From assembly GCA_963798085.1 (NCBI GenBank), contig CAWCRS010000002.1:192001-256000 (forward strand): a DNA stretch of 64,000 nt. Reading direction: 5' to 3'. The first letter of the stretch is position 1. Each line of letters starts with the position of its first letter. Positions 52,801-62,435 of the stretch are shown in pieces. The notes beneath the pieces are model-generated. The model saw only the letters and a program-made list of their open reading frames with translations. It did not search any database and had not been told where the DNA came from. The translations under genes and the position numbers were made by a program. Source of the stretch: an uncultured Gemmatimonadales bacterium (lineage in GTDB: Bacteria; Gemmatimonadota; Gemmatimonadetes; Longimicrobiales; RSA9).

Positions 52801-53124
52801 TCAGCGACGACCGCCGCCGCCGCCACCACCGGGGCCGCGATCACGCCGGCCACCACCGCCCCCCCCACCACCAAAGCCACCGCGCCCTCCGGGCGGCGGA
52901 CTTCCTCCCGCGGGCGCATCCAGACGCACGACGTTCTCTGCGGCCGGCCCTTTCTGGCCCTGAACCACATCGAACTCGACCCGCTCACCCTCGTTCAGGG
53001 TCCGAAAGCCGGAACCCTGAATTGCTGTGTGGTGGACGAATACGTCATCGCCCCCCTCACGTGTGATGAATCCGAAACCCTTGTCTGGATTGAACCACTT
53101 GACCGTCCCGTTCTCTCTCGCCAT
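52801..53124 (-). CDS. Cold-shock domain protein with Gly/Arg-rich tail
   Basis: [32 protein letters not shown], followed by [19 protein letters not shown]. Confidence 0.93.
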   Translation of the reverse strand: MARENGTVKWFNPDKGFGFITREGGDDVFVHHTAIQGSGFRTLNEGERVEFDVVQGQKGPAAENVVRLDAPAGGSPPPGGRGGFGGGGGGGGRRDRGPGGGGGGGRR

Positions 53125-53296
53125 GTCGACCGATCCTAAAGGGATGTCACCCGGTGCCCGCGCAAACGCCAACATACGTCGCTAAGTGCAGACGCGCCAT
53201 TGCAAGGCGATTTGCTGGCGCCGGCGCGGCTGACTGGAGCCGCTTCGTGAAGCCCGGCTCGTCAGCCCGGGAACCCGGCCGGAGCAACCGACGGAT

Positions 53297-53405
53297 TTGA
53301 CGTCCTGCTATCGCGCCGTTATCGTGTAGCAGAGCGGGAACCAGATCCGGGCAAGTGCCCGGGGACCACTGAGAGGGACTGGGCCAATGCCCGGTCCCTT
53401 TTTTT
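53297..53405 (+). promoter_or_regulatory. csp promoter and leader terminator
   Basis: TTGACG-N17-TATCGT (53297-53325); hairpin at 53347-53362; terminator-like gagagggactgggc/gcccggtccc plus T run (53371-53405). Confidence 0.7.
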
Positions 53406-53508
53406 GTACCGCTCTGCGTTTCGCGGACACAGTGTCTGCGGGACATGGTGGCGACAAGGTACGGATACCCGTCCCCCGACACCACAACTCGTTCAAGGGA
53501 GTACGGTT

Positions 53509-53718
53509 ATGCGTACGACAGGAGTAGTGAAGTGGTTCAATGATACCAAGGGCTTCGGCTTCATCACGCCGAGCAATGGTAGCAAGGACTGCTTCGTCCA
53601 CCACAGCGCCATCAGCGGTTCGGGCTTCAAGAGTCTGTCCGAAGGCGATCGCGTCGAATTCGACGTCGTGCAGGGTCAGAAGGGTCCGGCGGCCGAGAAC
53701 GTGAGCCGGGTCCAGTAA
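53509..53718 (+). CDS. Cold-shock protein (CspA family)
   Basis: [45 protein letters not shown]. Confidence 0.96.
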   Translation: MRTTGVVKWFNDTKGFGFITPSNGSKDCFVHHSAISGSGFKSLSEGDRVEFDVVQGQKGPAAENVSRVQ

Positions 53719-53738
53719 CAGCGGTTCAGTGCAGTGGT

Positions 53739-53772
53739 GAACCGCCCGCGCCGCAGTCAGCGCGGGCGGTTC
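53739..53772. terminator. Hairpin between convergent genes
   Basis: 13-bp stem gaaccgcccgcgc/gcgcgggcggttc. Confidence 0.65.
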
Positions 53773-53777
53773 TGCAT

Positions 53778-54056
53778 TTAACGCGAGCCACGCGGCTGTC
53801 GAGCGGGAAGCAGGACATTCGAGGAGGCCGCGTAGAACGGCGGCGCCTGTCGGTCCAGGATACGCAGCTCGAGCAGACGACTCCCATCGCTCGTCTTGCC
53901 GCACACGCGTGAAACTTCGGCGCGGCCCTCGGTGCAGAAGACCGTATCGCCCTTGCGTGGAGCCCTGCTGTCCGACGGCTCCCATCCCGGATGGGAAGAC
54001 GGGTCCACGCGAAGATCCGCATTCCGGAGCCGCCTGGCCGTGTTTCCTGATGCCAT
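53778..54056 (-). CDS. Hypothetical small SH3/KOW-like protein
   Basis: GAGGT SD; PRKGDTVFCTEGRAEVSRVCGKTSDGSRLLEL..PFYAASSNVL, a beta-rich pattern. Confidence 0.7.
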   Translation of the reverse strand: MASGNTARRLRNADLRVDPSSHPGWEPSDSRAPRKGDTVFCTEGRAEVSRVCGKTSDGSRLLELRILDRQAPPFYAASSNVLLPARQPRGSR

Positions 54057-54473
54057 GCTCTCTACCTCGGGGTCACCATGGAACTGCGTGCGCCCGTTAG
54101 CGATACGGTACGCGGCGGGTGGGTTCGGATGGCTCGTGCGGACACGACCCCCGAAGCGAGTCCTTCGCGGAATGCCTTGCGCGACGTTACCGCCAGTCTT
54201 CCAGTCTTCGGCGCCGACGCGCTGGGCTGCGCCAGACAACGCTTCTTTCACAGTTTACCGAAAAACCGGCCGAACGGCCAGTGCCCGCAGCATTCGGCGC
54301 GCGGATTCGACACCTGAACTGATTGCTTGTCGTTAGCGGAATGCAGAGTGCGTTGCCGGCGACAATGCTGCTGCCGCTCCGGCGCGACCGCCGCGCGCCG
54401 GGCGGGGCCGGCGCCCCATCAGCCGCAGCACCTTAACACGATATTACGATGCCGGTGCCTTCCCCGGACTCGC

Positions 54474-55241
54474 TCACTCCGCGTCGGGCCGCAGTGCCGG
54501 CGGACTGCCCGGATAACGACGTTCGCTGAAGCCGCGCGGCCCATCCGCTTCCAGGAACGAAACCATGTCCGTCGCCACGTCGTGGGCAGGCACCAGCATG
54601 CCTGCGCCGGCCAGCTGGCGGAATCGCGGGGCGAGCGGAAAGGCGGCGGCGTCCCGTTCCCTCGCCTGGCGCTGCATGTCGGTGTCGACAATGCCCGGCT
54701 CGTAGCTCAGCACTGCCACATCCTCACCCGGACGCCACTGCTCCGCCTCCAGCGACGCCACCATGCCTGCCATGCGCATGCCGGCCTTGCTGCTGCAGTA
54801 CTCGGCCAGTCCGGCAAACGCCGTGGTAGCCGCCCCTGACGACACGTTGAGGAAGCGCAGCGCGCTGCCTGCGGGCCAGAGGCGCAGGAAGAGTCCCATG
54901 AGCGCGATGGGCGCCGCGACATTCGTGGCGACCACGGGTGCCACCGCCGTTGGATCGAGCAAGGCCAGGCCACGCATCTGCCCGGCCGCCGCAGCATTGT
55001 TGACCAGGGCGAAGCGCGCGCACGGACGAGCCTGCAGCTGCGACTCGAGCACGCGCTGCAGCGTGACCCAGCCCGGACCCACGTCGGCCAGGTCCAGCTG
55101 CACGTGCTGATAGCTGGTCGCGGCATTGGCCGGCCGGCGCGCCACGCCGATCACGTACCAGCCGCGCGCCAGCAACTGCCGGGTGAGCGCGAGGCCGATT
55201 CCCGAGCTGCTCCCCGTCACCATCGCCAGGCGATCGCTCAT
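54474..55241 (-). CDS. SDR family oxidoreductase (sepiapterin/benzil reductase-like)
   Basis: TGSSSGIG, NNAA, NVSSGAA, YCSSK, PGIVDTDMQ. Confidence 0.92.
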   Translation of the reverse strand: MSDRLAMVTGSSSGIGLALTRQLLARGWYVIGVARRPANAATSYQHVQLDLADVGPGWVTLQRVLESQLQARPCARFALVNNAAAAGQMRGLALLDPTAVAPVVATNVAAPIALMGLFLRLWPAGSALRFLNVSSGAATTAFAGLAEYCSSKAGMRMAGMVASLEAEQWRPGEDVAVLSYEPGIVDTDMQRQARERDAAAFPLAPRFRQLAGAGMLVPAHDVATDMVSFLEADGPRGFSERRYPGSPPALRPDAE

Positions 55242-56247
55242 GGCACAGCCTCCACTCCGCCAGCCTGCAAGCGGCCGCCATCCGGTTCCCGCGGCAGTCG
55301 CCCGGCGGAAACGTCGAGCCAGGGCGACAGGTCGCGGGCCAGCAGGCGCTGCAGCAGCTGGATGTCGGGCGCATACGCTTCCACGGCGAGAGACCGGTCG
55401 GCGGGCGTGGCGCGCAATGGCGGCGCCGCGTGATACCAGCGGCGTGCAACGGCGGCCGTCCGCGCCGGCAACAGGGAAGCGAGTCGTCGCCTGAACGATG
55501 CGGGAAGGACCCGTTGCAGCAGCGGGTAGCGCGGCAGCAATGTGGTGTTATGACGCTGCCTCGTGTCGATGGCGGCCTCCGGGTTCACATTGAGGAAGGC
55601 GAACAGCTCCCGCAGCACGGACGCGGGCGCTTGCGCGAAGTCGTCATACAGGCCGACAAAGATGCGCTCGCGGGGGAAGAACCGGAGGAAGCGCTCGAGG
55701 TGCTCGCCGTAACGGCCCGTGCGAATGTGACCGAAGGGTGTGGAACCGGCCGCTTCCTGGCGCGCCTGCGCTTCGAGCCACGCGGCAAAGGGCAGCGACG
55801 TGGAGCGGGTTGCGCGGAAGGCGGCGTACTGGGAAAACAGCCTGTCAGCGGGATCGCGCAGCAGCATGACGATGCGAGCCTCCGGGATGCGCGCGTGGAT
55901 GCGTTGCGCGGCCTGCCGCGAAGCCAGGTACGCTACAGTAGCCTCGCCGATGGCGCTTTCGTCCTGCACGTGGCGGAACAGCATCAGGTAGGACTCCCAC
56001 TCGAGCACGGTACCGTGGTCGCGCTTCCCCGGCATGGGCCCGTCCAGCCACGCGCGCAGTTCGGCGCCATCAGCGGCCCGCTGCGCATGCGGCCGGGGCG
56101 CATGCTCGATCAGTTCCGGTGCGAAGAAGCCCGGCTCCTTGAGCGGGCTCATGTACACGGCCGGATGCTGATCGAGGTAGTGATAGAGCGAGTGGTGCCC
56201 GCCTTGGGCGCACCGACGACGAAGAAGGTAGGCGCGGGCGGCGCCAT
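55238..56247 (-). CDS. Sulfotransferase (frameshift near 56193)
   Basis: PTFFVVGAPKAGTT / SLYHYLDQHP..KEPGFF (5'-PSB loop), GEATVAY, LRDPADRLFSQY (3'-PB). Confidence 0.88.
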
Positions 56248-56306
56248 CAGCGCTCTGCCCGCGAAGCGTCGCGCGCGCACGAAGCGAAGCGGAGGACCAC
56301 GACCCG

Positions 56307-56895
56307 TCAGGGGCTGGCGGCTGCGGCTGGAAACCGCAGCTCGAGCGCGGACCCGGCCGGCACTGCGGCCCAGCGCTGGTGCAATTCGCGCGTGCAGGCA
56401 CGCACGTCGTCCAGCTGTGCTGCGCCCAGCTGGAGGGTGTCCAGTCCGGTGCGCGTGCATATGGCGAGCAGCTGGGCGTTGAAGTCGGCGGCGCTCCACT
56501 CGCTGCCGCCCGCGCGTTCCGCGGTGAAGAGGCCCACCAGGTGCTCGACGAGCACGGTTCCGGGGCAGCGGTCCGCGCCGGCCCTTGCCGGTCGTGTCTT
56601 CAATGTCCCAGCCCGCCGCGATCAGTCCGAAGAAGCCCTGACGGAAGCCGAGTCGCGTTTCCACTGCGTAATGCGTGAGATCGTGCAGCGGGAAGAAGCG
56701 CGCGTGTCTTCCCTGCTGGCGCTGCCAGGTGGCGGATCCATCATCCCGCTCGCATTGCAACACGACATTACCGTCAGTGTGGGCCGTGAGCGTGATGCGC
56801 AGACTGCGGTCACTCTGCGCCGCGGCCGGGCGGCCGGGAGATGCGGCGGGCTGCGCCGGGCGCTGCGCGGCGCGATCAGCGGGCGGGCGGGCCAT
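56307..56895 (-). CDS. Hypothetical protein with HDLTH motif (frameshift near 56560)
   Basis: RDDGSATWQ..FFPLHDLTHYAVE..GFFGLIAAGWDI, then a second frame ending RWAAVPAGSALELRF. Start uncertain. Confidence 0.7.
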
Positions 56896-57571
56896 AGCTG
56901 ACCAGACGGGCGGAGCCATCGCGCACCAGGCCGATCCCGGGCGCGTAGTACTTGTACTCGTGCACCAGCGGCTCGAGCGGCGAGGTCTCGGCTGTCCTGA
57001 GGATCTGCTGCAGGTGTCCGGCGGGCACGTTGATGCTGTCGCTGAGGCTGACGATTTCGGCGCGGTCCATGGCCGTACGCGGCGCCTGCTCCTGGTAGTA
57101 GCGACTGCCCAGCAGCGGCACCCCCGGCATCATCATGCCGAACTTCGCACCGTTCTCGCCCGCCAGCCAGGAACCTTCGTGGTTGCGCAGCTGGCCGTTG
57201 TGGTACGTGTCGACTTCCTCGCCGAAATAGAATACGCTGTTAGTGCGCTTGCTGATGGCGTAGAAGTTGCGCGACACCTCGACCAGCTGGCCGTGCTCGG
57301 TCTCGCGCTCCTCCACCACGCGCGTGCTGACACCGGCCACGATTCGTGTTTCAGCCCGCACAGTCACGGTGAGGCGGGTGTCGCCGTCCTCGAGCACCAG
57401 CTGCCAGCCCGGCTCGAGCACGAACCAGGGGTTGCGACCCGTGTCGGTCAGCTCATCCGGCTGAATCAGGAAATCGCGGGTCCAGTCGGAGCGGGCGGCC
57501 TGGCGGCGCATGGCGAAGACAGCCGGCACAGCCAACAACGCGATAATGCCGAAGCCGTGGATCCGGCGCAT
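56876..57571 (-). CDS. Secreted hypothetical protein
   Basis: GGAGG SD, signal peptide, GRNPWFVLEPG, VFYFGEEVD, GSWLAG, KYYAPGIGLV. Confidence 0.85.
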   Translation of the reverse strand: MRRIHGFGIIALLAVPAVFAMRRQAARSDWTRDFLIQPDELTDTGRNPWFVLEPGWQLVLEDGDTRLTVTVRAETRIVAGVSTRVVEERETEHGQLVEVSRNFYAISKRTNSVFYFGEEVDTYHNGQLRNHEGSWLAGENGAKFGMMMPGVPLLGSRYYQEQAPRTAMDRAEIVSLSDSINVPAGHLQQILRTAETSPLEPLVHEYKYYAPGIGLVRDGSARLVSYGPPAR

Positions 57572-57604
57572 GGGAATCCTCCGCGTGCGTGGTGCGGTAT
57601 GCTG

Positions 57605-59053
57605 TCAGCCGGCGCCGTCACCGTCGTCCGGCTCGGCCAGCACACCGCTTTCCTGGTCCAGCAGGTCGAAGACGCCTTCCTCGTCGAGCACGCGCACGCC
57701 CAGCCGTTGCGAAGAAACGCCGGGTCGCAGCACGTAGTCGAATTCGAGGCGGCCGCCGCGCTCGCTGGCTTCGAAGCGGCGACAGTCGACGGATCCGGTA
57801 TCCTCGAGCGCGTCTCCCAGCTCGATGAGATGCGAGGAAACGAGGAAGATGTTGCCGTCCTTGTCGGCGAGGCGCACGAGCACGGCGCGCGACGCGTCCA
57901 GTGCATCCTTCACGTTGGTGCCCTTGAAGGGCTCGTCCATCAGGGCGATCACACGACGACCCTCCGCGACCGCCTGCGCGATACTCTTGACGCGCAACGC
58001 CTCCGCGCGGAAAAAACTGACACCTTCGCGCACATTGTCATTCAGGCTGATGGCGCTGAAGAGCGCGTCGCAGGGGGAGAAGCGGCAGCTGCGCGCGGGG
58101 ACGCCCATGCCCAGATGCGCGAGATAGGCGGCAGTGCCGGCGGCGCGCAGGTACGTGGTCTTGCCGGCCATGTTGGGGCCCGTCAGAAACAGCAGGCGCT
58201 GCGTCTGATCGACGCGCAGCGGATTGGCCACGGGTTGCGCCACAAAAGGGTGAAAGATGCCTTCCGCGACCAGCTCGAGCGGCCCATCGTGCAGTTCCGG
58301 AATCACCAGGCCGAACTCGCGCACGGCATCCGCCATGGAGAGCAGCGCATCGATCTCGAATACCAGATGCAGCAGGCGCTCGACAGCATCGCGCTGATCC
58401 TGACGCAGCAGCTTGTCGAGGCGCATCCAGCGCCACGACGTCATCTCCGCGCCGACCTGTTGCGGCAGTGCCTCGAGCAGGGGTCGGCGCACCAGCACGC
58501 GCATTTCCTCGAGCCATGGTCCCAGCTCGCCGGGCGCCTGACCCAGCTCGGGCCGGCTGGCAATGTGCTGCAGGGCCCGGATCATGCCCATCGTGCGTTG
58601 CACGCCGGCCACGATCTGCCAGTAGTGACGCAGATCGCCGAAACGCACTTCGATGGCCTCGATGACGAACTCGAAGCGGTTCTCCGTTGTGAGCAGAGGC
58701 AGGCCGGCGTACAGGTAGCGATCGATCCCGCTGACCACACTCTCGCCGGGGAGGATGTCGAAGGCTGCGCGGTGCTGGATCAGGTAGCGCACGGAATCCT
58801 GCACGGCGCGAATGTGCTCGAGCTTCGACCACGGCTTGCGCCAGCGGGCCTGGAGCACGCGGGCGCCGCCCGTAGTGCGGGTGCGGTTCATGAGCGCGAA
58901 GAGGCTGGGCGCATTGCCCTCGCCGTGGAAGATCTCGAGGTCGAGGTAGGTGCGCTCATCCATCATCATCTCGAGTTCGCTGCGGCGAGGCAGCGGTCGC
59001 CGCGCGACGCGGTCCGTCAGGGGCCGGCGCGGGATGTGGAAGAGCTTCGCCAC
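57605..59053 (-). CDS. MutS-related ATPase (domains III and V only)
   Basis: TYLDLEIF, RTRTTGG..L, Walker A TGPNMAGKTT, SFFRAE, LMDEPFKGTN, SSH; GGAGG SD before GTG at 59053. Confidence 0.9.
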   Translation of the reverse strand: MAKLFHIPRRPLTDRVARRPLPRRSELEMMMDERTYLDLEIFHGEGNAPSLFALMNRTRTTGGARVLQARWRKPWSKLEHIRAVQDSVRYLIQHRAAFDILPGESVVSGIDRYLYAGLPLLTTENRFEFVIEAIEVRFGDLRHYWQIVAGVQRTMGMIRALQHIASRPELGQAPGELGPWLEEMRVLVRRPLLEALPQQVGAEMTSWRWMRLDKLLRQDQRDAVERLLHLVFEIDALLSMADAVREFGLVIPELHDGPLELVAEGIFHPFVAQPVANPLRVDQTQRLLFLTGPNMAGKTTYLRAAGTAAYLAHLGMGVPARSCRFSPCDALFSAISLNDNVREGVSFFRAEALRVKSIAQAVAEGRRVIALMDEPFKGTNVKDALDASRAVLVRLADKDGNIFLVSSHLIELGDALEDTGSVDCRRFEASERGGRLEFDYVLRPGVSSQRLGVRVLDEEGVFDLLDQESGVLAEPDDGDGAG

Positions 59054-59290
59054 TATGACCTCCCGGGGCAGGTCGGAGATGTATGGCGCGGGGCGCAAAG
59101 GGGGGCATGCGCCGGGCGGAGCATCCGCGAACGCCGTGTTGCGAGTGGGCGGCCCTGCGCCGCGTCTGCAGGGTTGCGTTGCCCCGGCCTCACCGCAAGG
59201 GGCCGTCCGTCTGCGAGGCGCCCTTCTGCGGCGTGGCGCGGCGTTTTAGCTTGCGCTTAATCAGGATCACCCTCACAACGGAGAAAGTCG

Positions 59291-59698
59291 ATGACGATGG
59301 TGAATGGGGCGGCCGCGACGCTGCAGGCGAAGGGTCTGGCTCCTTCGCTGACCGTGAACGATATGCGGAAGAGCCTGCATTTCTACACGGAGGGCCTGGG
59401 CTTCGGGATCGAGGACCAGAACGAAGAGAACGGCCAGGTGCGTTTCGCGATGCTGCGTGCCGGCGATGGCCGGCTGGGCATTGGCCAGGACGACTTCGCC
59501 AAGGGACGGGATCGCGTGAAGGGCGTGGGCCTGCGCATGTGGATTTCGACTACGCAGGATCTCAACGCGTTGGCTGGTCGCATCAAGGCCGCGGGCTACC
59601 AGCTCGACAGTGAACCTGCCGCACTGCCATGGGGCCCGCTGGCCTTCGCCGTCACCGACCCGGACGGTTTCAAGTTCACCATTGCCAGCGACGTGTGA
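59291..59698 (+). CDS. VOC / glyoxalase-bleomycin resistance family protein
   Basis: LTVNDMRKSLHFYTEGLGF; PWGPLAFAVTDPDGFKFT. Confidence 0.92.
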   Translation: MTMVNGAAATLQAKGLAPSLTVNDMRKSLHFYTEGLGFGIEDQNEENGQVRFAMLRAGDGRLGIGQDDFAKGRDRVKGVGLRMWISTTQDLNALAGRIKAAGYQLDSEPAALPWGPLAFAVTDPDGFKFTIASDV

Positions 59699-59819
59699 GC
59701 GACACGCAGCGCAGCGTGCCTGCCGCGTCCAGCGCGTGCCGGCTTTCGCGGGCGCGGGTGCTGAATGCACTCGCGCCCGGGGTTCCAGCGGCCGCAGCGG
59801 CGTTCCGCAGCCGACCGCA

Positions 59820-61502
59820 TCACCGCGGAGGCAGTGTCGTCGCCTGCAGCTTCGCAGCCAGCCAGTCCGCAATGGTGCCGAGCACATCGCGGCCCACCTG
59901 GTTGCTGCGCAGCTGGTCATAGTTCCGGAAATCGCCGTCCGGGTCTTCAATGAACAGATGGTTGCGATCCGGGAAGATCTTCACGGTAACATCAGTGTTA
60001 CCACCGGCGCGGATGAGCGCGGCCAGCTTCGCCGCCTGCTCCACGGGCACCTGCCGGTCGGTCGAGCCCTGCACGATCAGTGTGGCGGCCTGCACCTTCC
60101 TGGCGACGGGAGCGGGATCCCAGGTCATCCAGAAGCGGACCCAGGGAATCGTCTGCTTCGAGCTGTCCAGTGAAGCACGCGCCACGCGCAGCAGGGAATC
60201 GCGCTGCGCCGGCGTGAGCGTGCTGTCGTGGTCGACGAGGAAGCGATTCTGCGCCATGCTGATCTCGATGCCCTTCTCGCCCGGTCCGGCCATGATCACC
60301 ATGGCCTTCAGCTGCGGGTCCGTGGCCGCGATCATGGGCGCGATGGCGCCGCCTTCGCTGTGGCCGATCAGGGCGAGGCGCGCGCCATCGATGTCGGGGC
60401 GGCCGCGCAGCCAGGCGAGAGCGGCGCGAATGTCGTCGGCGAAATCCGCGCTCGTGGCCTCCCGTGCATCACCGTTGGAGGCGCCCACACCGCGATCATC
60501 AAGACGCAGCACCGCAATGCCTCGGCGGCTCAACGTGTCGGCAACCTGGCGGAACAGCCGGATGCCGCCGGCGAAGGGAATGTACTCGTCGCGATCCTGC
60601 TGACCGGAGCCGGTGATGGTGACGGCGGCCGGCACGCTGCCGCGCGCATTCTTCGGCATGGTCAGTGTGCCGCCCAGATGGATGCCGCCGGGACCGGTGA
60701 CCGTGACTTCCTGCGCGGTGTACGGCGCACCGGGCGGTGCGGCGTAGTCGGGCCGTGGCGCAATCGAGCTGGTGTCCGTGAGCGTGACGTCGAGGCCGGC
60801 GCTGGCTTCCGGGCCGGCACGCAGGAACTCGAACGCTGTCCCCTCGATGACACCGCCGGCAATGCGACCGCGCGCATCGATGCGCAGCCGCTCGACCTGC
60901 TTCTCAATGGTGAGGGTGACCGAGTCGCTGCCAATGGGACGGATGGCGGCGTTCAGCGTGGCGCCGCCGTTGAGCGCGAAATACGGAATGTCCGCCACGT
61001 CGCCCGTGGCGCGGGCGCGGCGGGTGAACAGCTCGCTCAGCGCCAGGGCGTTGTTGAACATGGGAATGGCGCCGGCCTTCGTGCCGACGCGCTGCACACC
61101 GGCGGCAGTCTGCACTACCACGCTATCACCACGCAGCTCGACGCGCACACGCTGCTGCGGCGCTGCTCCGGGGGCCGCTCCCGGCGGGTATACGGCGATC
61201 ACGAGCGAGCGGACGGCGTCGCCGGCATTGAGCACGGCCAGGTAGTCGATGCGCGGCTGCCCGCGGACCTGCACGCTGCCACGCAGCGTGTCGCCGGCGC
61301 GAATGAAGCGGTCGGTGACCACAGTGTCCGCGCCCCGGCGAATCAGCAGCGCGCCGCGATCAGACAGCTGGCGGGCGGCCAGGGGCGTGACCGGAACCGC
61401 AAACAGCAGCGCGACAGGCAGCAGCCGCAGTATGCTGGCGCGCCACCCGATGTGCCCGCGTCGACGGTCCCACGAACAGGCTGTTACAGGCGGGAACTGC
61501 AT
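59820..61502 (-). CDS. Secreted alpha/beta-fold hydrolase
   Basis: LGGTLTMP, TGSGQQDRDE, RLDDRGVG, nucleophile GHSEGG, GSTDRQV, NHLF. Confidence 0.9.
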   Translation of the reverse strand: MQFPPVTACSWDRRRGHIGWRASILRLLPVALLFAVPVTPLAARQLSDRGALLIRRGADTVVTDRFIRAGDTLRGSVQVRGQPRIDYLAVLNAGDAVRSLVIAVYPPGAAPGAAPQQRVRVELRGDSVVVQTAAGVQRVGTKAGAIPMFNNALALSELFTRRARATGDVADIPYFALNGGATLNAAIRPIGSDSVTLTIEKQVERLRIDARGRIAGGVIEGTAFEFLRAGPEASAGLDVTLTDTSSIAPRPDYAAPPGAPYTAQEVTVTGPGGIHLGGTLTMPKNARGSVPAAVTITGSGQQDRDEYIPFAGGIRLFRQVADTLSRRGIAVLRLDDRGVGASNGDAREATSADFADDIRAALAWLRGRPDIDGARLALIGHSEGGAIAPMIAATDPQLKAMVIMAGPGEKGIEISMAQNRFLVDHDSTLTPAQRDSLLRVARASLDSSKQTIPWVRFWMTWDPAPVARKVQAATLIVQGSTDRQVPVEQAAKLAALIRAGGNTDVTVKIFPDRNHLFIEDPDGDFRNYDQLRSNQVGRDVLGTIADWLAAKLQATTLPPR

Positions 61503-61694
61503 GGCGCCCCCCTGGTTCTGCGCATCCGCCAGCAGGCGGCGTAATACAGCGCCCTCGTATCCGGCCCGGGCGGACCGCCGCTGCGAAGTGTACGCGTGCC
61601 TGTGGTGGTGCGTCTTGCGCTTTGCCCGGACACTGCCGACCCGTGCCGGTCCGCAGTGCACTACGGACGGCAGGGCTGTGTTATTTCCGGCTGC

Positions 61695-62312
61695 TCAGCG
61701 CTCGCCGGGCATGAGGTATCCCACCTCCTCGAACAGCGGGTGTCCCTGCAGCGTGGCGGCCAGCGTGGAAGGCGAGACCTTGCCGTCCCGCATGTTGAAC
61801 AGCGATGCCGCGGCGACGCCGGACTGCGCGGCCACGAACTGGTACACGTACACCACGAACTGCGAGCAGAAGAAGCGGTGCCCCTTGCCCTCGAGGATGC
61901 GCGTGAGCAGCGAGTCCATGTCTCCAGGTGTGGCAGGCTTGCCTGCCCCGCCGAAAAGCGAGCCGATCGCGCCGGGTACGGAATACTTCAGATTGCCCCC
62001 GCGCTTGTGTATGTCGAACATCATCTTTGCGCAAGTCCCGGCGCCCGCCCCCATGCTGCTGTTGCGGCAGCGGTACACGTAATAGCCGTAGTGGTTGTTC
62101 TGCACGCGCAGGTCGTGCGCGTCAATGCCGGTGCCCTGGGCCTCGATGATGAAGGTCGAGTCGAACATGACGCCGGCATGCACGACGCCGGCGTTGGGAC
62201 CACCGGTCGCGGCCTGTCCGAACTGGATCGCCTTCCCGATGATCGAGCCATCCGCGACCTTCAGCAGAAGATCGCCAGCCTTGAGATCACGACAACGCAA
62301 CTGACGGGTCAT
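61695..62312 (-). CDS. Permuted papain-like NlpC/P60 (YiiX/YaeF-type) protein
   Basis: LKAGDLLL, VHAGVM (catalytic His) upstream of FFCSQFVVYVY (catalytic Cys), then VSPSTL; GGGAGG SD. Confidence 0.8.
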   Translation of the reverse strand: MTRQLRCRDLKAGDLLLKVADGSIIGKAIQFGQAATGGPNAGVVHAGVMFDSTFIIEAQGTGIDAHDLRVQNNHYGYYVYRCRNSSMGAGAGTCAKMMFDIHKRGGNLKYSVPGAIGSLFGGAGKPATPGDMDSLLTRILEGKGHRFFCSQFVVYVYQFVAAQSGVAAASLFNMRDGKVSPSTLAATLQGHPLFEEVGYLMPGER

Positions 62313-62435
62313 TACCGGCCTCCCGCAGCCATGAAGCGGGCACGCCACGGTGCATGCCCGTGCACCAGTGTACGGCGGCGGCTGGCGGGCGGCCACCTCT
62401 CGAGTCGGGGTTCGACGTGAGCGGATCCAGCGTAC

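Noticed and set aside
54296..54320. tRNA- or tmRNA-like GGATTCGAC word
   Set aside because: No acceptor stem or cloverleaf can be built around it.
59090..59245. Structured RNA upstream of the MutS-like gene
   Set aside because: Only short, imperfect GC stems; not distinguishable from background by eye.
56675..59260. 861-aa plus-strand ORF (also 9842-11581, 5379-7016 and similar long ORFs)
   Set aside because: These are antisense shadows of real genes, expected in GC-rich DNA, and have no motifs.
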